A DNA stretch of 26,984 nt, taken from a virus (taxonomy: Duplodnaviria; Caudoviricetes). The notes under the pieces were generated by a model. The model saw only the letters and a program-made list of their open reading frames with translations, did no database searches and was not told where the DNA came from. Positions 25,059 to 26,984 of the stretch are shown in pieces. Position 1 is the stretch's first letter; each line of letters begins with the position of its first letter. Position numbers and translations under genes: made by a program. The stretch covers positions 1 through 26,984 of IMG/VR virus record IMGVR_UViG_3300030107_006817, one strand, 5' to 3'.

Positions 25059-26504
25059 TTACCCGTAATAAACTTGTGGCTCCACGCGGCTGGACTCCTG
25101 ATCCCAGTCGTCGGTGGGCAACTGAATAAAATTGCCCTGCCGGTAGCGCATTAAAGCCTGTGTTGTACTATCCACCAAATCGTCGTACTCCCCGTTCGGG
25201 AAAGCGGCGCATTCCTCGACCACTTCCTCGGCCCACCTTTCATCCGGCATCCATATCATCCCGCTTTCAAATAACGGCGATATGGCGTGGACCCTTGATA
25301 CTTTATCATTACCTCGGCTCGGTGTGAAGTTTACAACCGGTATTCCAATGTTTCGTAGTTCGTGGGTCAGGGGCATACCGCTGGCCTTCGCTTCAATAAT
25401 AACCGTTTCCGGCTCCCAGAACTTATATTGCTTTAACGCCACGTTCTTTAGCTCGTGAAATTCCCAGCGCCCTTTCTGCGCGTCCAGCAAAATCAAATTA
25501 GGGGTTGCCCCTTCCTCCGGATAGAAAACGCCCCACGTGGTTATCGCGCTGTAGTCGGCCGTCTCTTTTTTCGAAAAAGCCGTGTCGTAGCTCTGGATAA
25601 CGTACTGCAACTGCGGCACCGTGTCCCTTTCCCACACGCGCCACCACTCCCGCTTCAGGATCGCATTATCGTCGCCCGTGGGTTGCTGCTGGTACTGCGC
25701 ATTCCATTTGCTCGGCGGGATACTCGCCTGCACCGCCTCCAGATCCTTTAGCGGCCAATACTCCGGCCAGCACGGGTTGCCTGACGGCATAATGGCAGGT
25801 AGCTCCACAATTTCCCATTGATCCGCATTGGCATCTTTAGCCTGTGCGCGTATCAACTGCCCCGTCATATCCTTCTCCGACCAGCGCGTCTGCACTAAAA
25901 CTATCGCGCCTCCCGGCTGGAGCCTCTGGCGGGGACCCCCTGTATACCAGTCCCACGCATCCTCAAACCCGGTATTGGACATAGCCGTCTGCTCCGAGTG
26001 CGGGTCATCAATAATAATTAAATCCCCGCCGCGCCCCGCGAGGTTCGAACCTACGCCCACGGCATAATACATACCCCCACGGTTCGTGTCCCACCGTCCA
26101 GAAGCCTTGGAATCCACCGCTAATTTGGTTTCCGAAAAAATTTCGTTATATTCTTCCCGTTCCAGCAGGTTTTTCACCTTACGCCCGAAGCCTATGGCAA
26201 GCTCCGTGGTATGTGTGGCTTGAATAATTTTCATGGCAGGATTCTTTCCGATCATCCATGCCGGAAACAAATAACTGGCAAACTCACTTTTCGTATGCCG
26301 TGGCGGCATATTAATAATCAGTCTTTTTAGCTCACCTGTCGCGATTCTTTCTAGCTTATCGGCAATCGTCCGGTGGTGTTCCCCGACAATAAACTCAGGC
26401 CACATAGACTGTACAAACGATAAAAAATTATTTTGGCACGTCTCTATTTTATCTATTTGCGCGAGTCTTAACTCAAGTTTCAAGAGCCTTTCATTAGCTT
26501 CCAT
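25059..26504 (-). CDS. terL: Terminase large subunit
   Basis: 481 aa; Walker A MPPRHTKS, Walker B LIIIDD, QTRW coupling motif, nuclease SYDTA and FPNGEYDDLVDSTTQA. Confidence 0.95.
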   Translation of the reverse strand: MEANERLLKLELRLAQIDKIETCQNNFLSFVQSMWPEFIVGEHHRTIADKLERIATGELKRLIINMPPRHTKSEFASYLFPAWMIGKNPAMKIIQATHTTELAIGFGRKVKNLLEREEYNEIFSETKLAVDSKASGRWDTNRGGMYYAVGVGSNLAGRGGDLIIIDDPHSEQTAMSNTGFEDAWDWYTGGPRQRLQPGGAIVLVQTRWSEKDMTGQLIRAQAKDANADQWEIVELPAIMPSGNPCWPEYWPLKDLEAVQASIPPSKWNAQYQQQPTGDDNAILKREWWRVWERDTVPQLQYVIQSYDTAFSKKETADYSAITTWGVFYPEEGATPNLILLDAQKGRWEFHELKNVALKQYKFWEPETVIIEAKASGMPLTHELRNIGIPVVNFTPSRGNDKVSRVHAISPLFESGMIWMPDERWAEEVVEECAAFPNGEYDDLVDSTTQALMRYRQGNFIQLPTDDWDQESSRVEPQVYYG

Positions 26505-26508
26505 CTAT

Positions 26509-26524
26509 GGTTCCACGTGAAACA
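26509..26524. promoter_or_regulatory. parS-like palindrome (ParB-binding centromere consensus)
   Basis: GGTTCCACGTGAAACA vs the bacterial parS consensus TGTTNCACGTGAAACA: 15/16 match, separated from the terL ATG by 4 nt. Confidence 0.7.
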
Positions 26525-26590
26525 TTCATTTTATATAAGCGTATACGAAAGTATGTGTAAGTAAAAGCAATTTATTTTATCACGAATTTG
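26525..26590 (-). promoter_or_regulatory. AT-rich putative promoter region for the minus-strand operon
   Basis: AT-rich tract with a TAAAAT -10-like hexamer (complement of 26528-26533); no convincing -35 at canonical spacing. Confidence 0.3.
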
Positions 26591-26785
26591 TTTGCGCGAA
26601 ACATAGACCTTGGTCCCCTGTAACGTGGGGGGAGAGGCATGGAAAAAATTCGTTTAAAATCAACCACTTGCCCAGGTCGATCTGACTCGATTTGTGGGGG
26701 CCCCAAAAAAGGATCGCGGGCCGCGTATCTCGGACCGGCGATCGGCTCGGACCGATCAAGACTCACGGATCAACCGGCTCGGACC

Positions 26786-26859
26786 GGACCAGACCGGGAG
26801 CGGACCAGACCGGGAGCGGACCAGACCGGGAGCGGACCAGACCGGGAGCGGACCAGACC
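26786..26859. repeat. Tandem 16-bp repeat GGACCAGACCGGGAGC x4 plus a partial unit
   Basis: Exact units start at 26786, 26802, 26818 and 26834, with a partial unit at 26850. Confidence 0.95.
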
Positions 26860-26885
26860 GGACCAGTTCGGAGATCGTCCGGCTC

Positions 26886-26945
26886 GGACCAGTTCGGACC
26901 GGACCAGTTCGGACCGGACCAGTTCGGACCGGACCAGTTCGGACC
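26886..26945. repeat. Tandem 15-bp repeat GGACCAGTTCGGACC x4
   Basis: Exact units start at 26886, 26901, 26916 and 26931. Confidence 0.95.
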
Positions 26946-26984
26946 GGAGCTGCGATCGTTCAGCTCGTCCGGATCGTCCGGCTC

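Noticed and set aside
205-26067. All plus-strand ORFs in the track (e.g. 4315..5010, 2823..3302, 13502..13858)
   Set aside because: They are antisense shadows of well-supported, tightly packed minus-strand genes and show no recognisable motifs.
26572-26766. 64-aa ORF as the small terminase subunit
   Set aside because: It has no HTH or coiled-coil character and lies in the repeat/promoter region; probably spurious.
26786-26945. CRISPR array
   Set aside because: The units are contiguous 15-16-bp tandem repeats with no unique spacers, and no cas genes are present.
1-26984. tRNA, rRNA, integrase, intron or intein
   Set aside because: No intergenic space or motifs support them, and terL, portal and MCP appear uninterrupted.

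Overview
This window is a ~27 kb piece of a tailed dsDNA bacteriophage genome. Every credible gene is on the minus strand and tightly packed, and together they form one packaging/morphogenesis/lysis region. In transcription order (right to left) it holds: a non-coding pentamer-repeat array, a parS-like palindrome, the large terminase, a Gly-zipper ejection/pilot-like protein, a 1069-aa multi-domain 'polyvalent' protein, and the portal. Next come a lysis cassette (EF-hand membrane protein, holin-like protein, GH108 endolysin), a GroES-like co-chaperonin, scaffold, decoration protein and major capsid protein with a terminator. The left part holds two paralogous adaptor/tail proteins and three mosaic tail-fibre paralogs; the last fibre gene runs off the window edge and is missing from the ORF track. 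Gene content resembles aquatic podovirus-like phages such as the HTVC010P-like groups (inference from recalled motifs, not a database search). The most unusual signals are: (1) the 1069-aa protein, built from unrelated domains (including DUF6884-like and ART-PolyVal-like ADP-ribosyltransferase domains) bracketed by a repeated 'GGGINSLKHVARTMNEGGPVD' peptide whose xxGGx[VI] core recurs in neighbouring proteins, suggesting a tag-plus-cassette system for loading effectors into the virion; (2) a 15/16 match to the bacterial chromosomal parS centromere just upstream of terL; (3) tail fibres shuffled through near-identical DNA modules. All family names are from motif recognition and need HMM confirmation.
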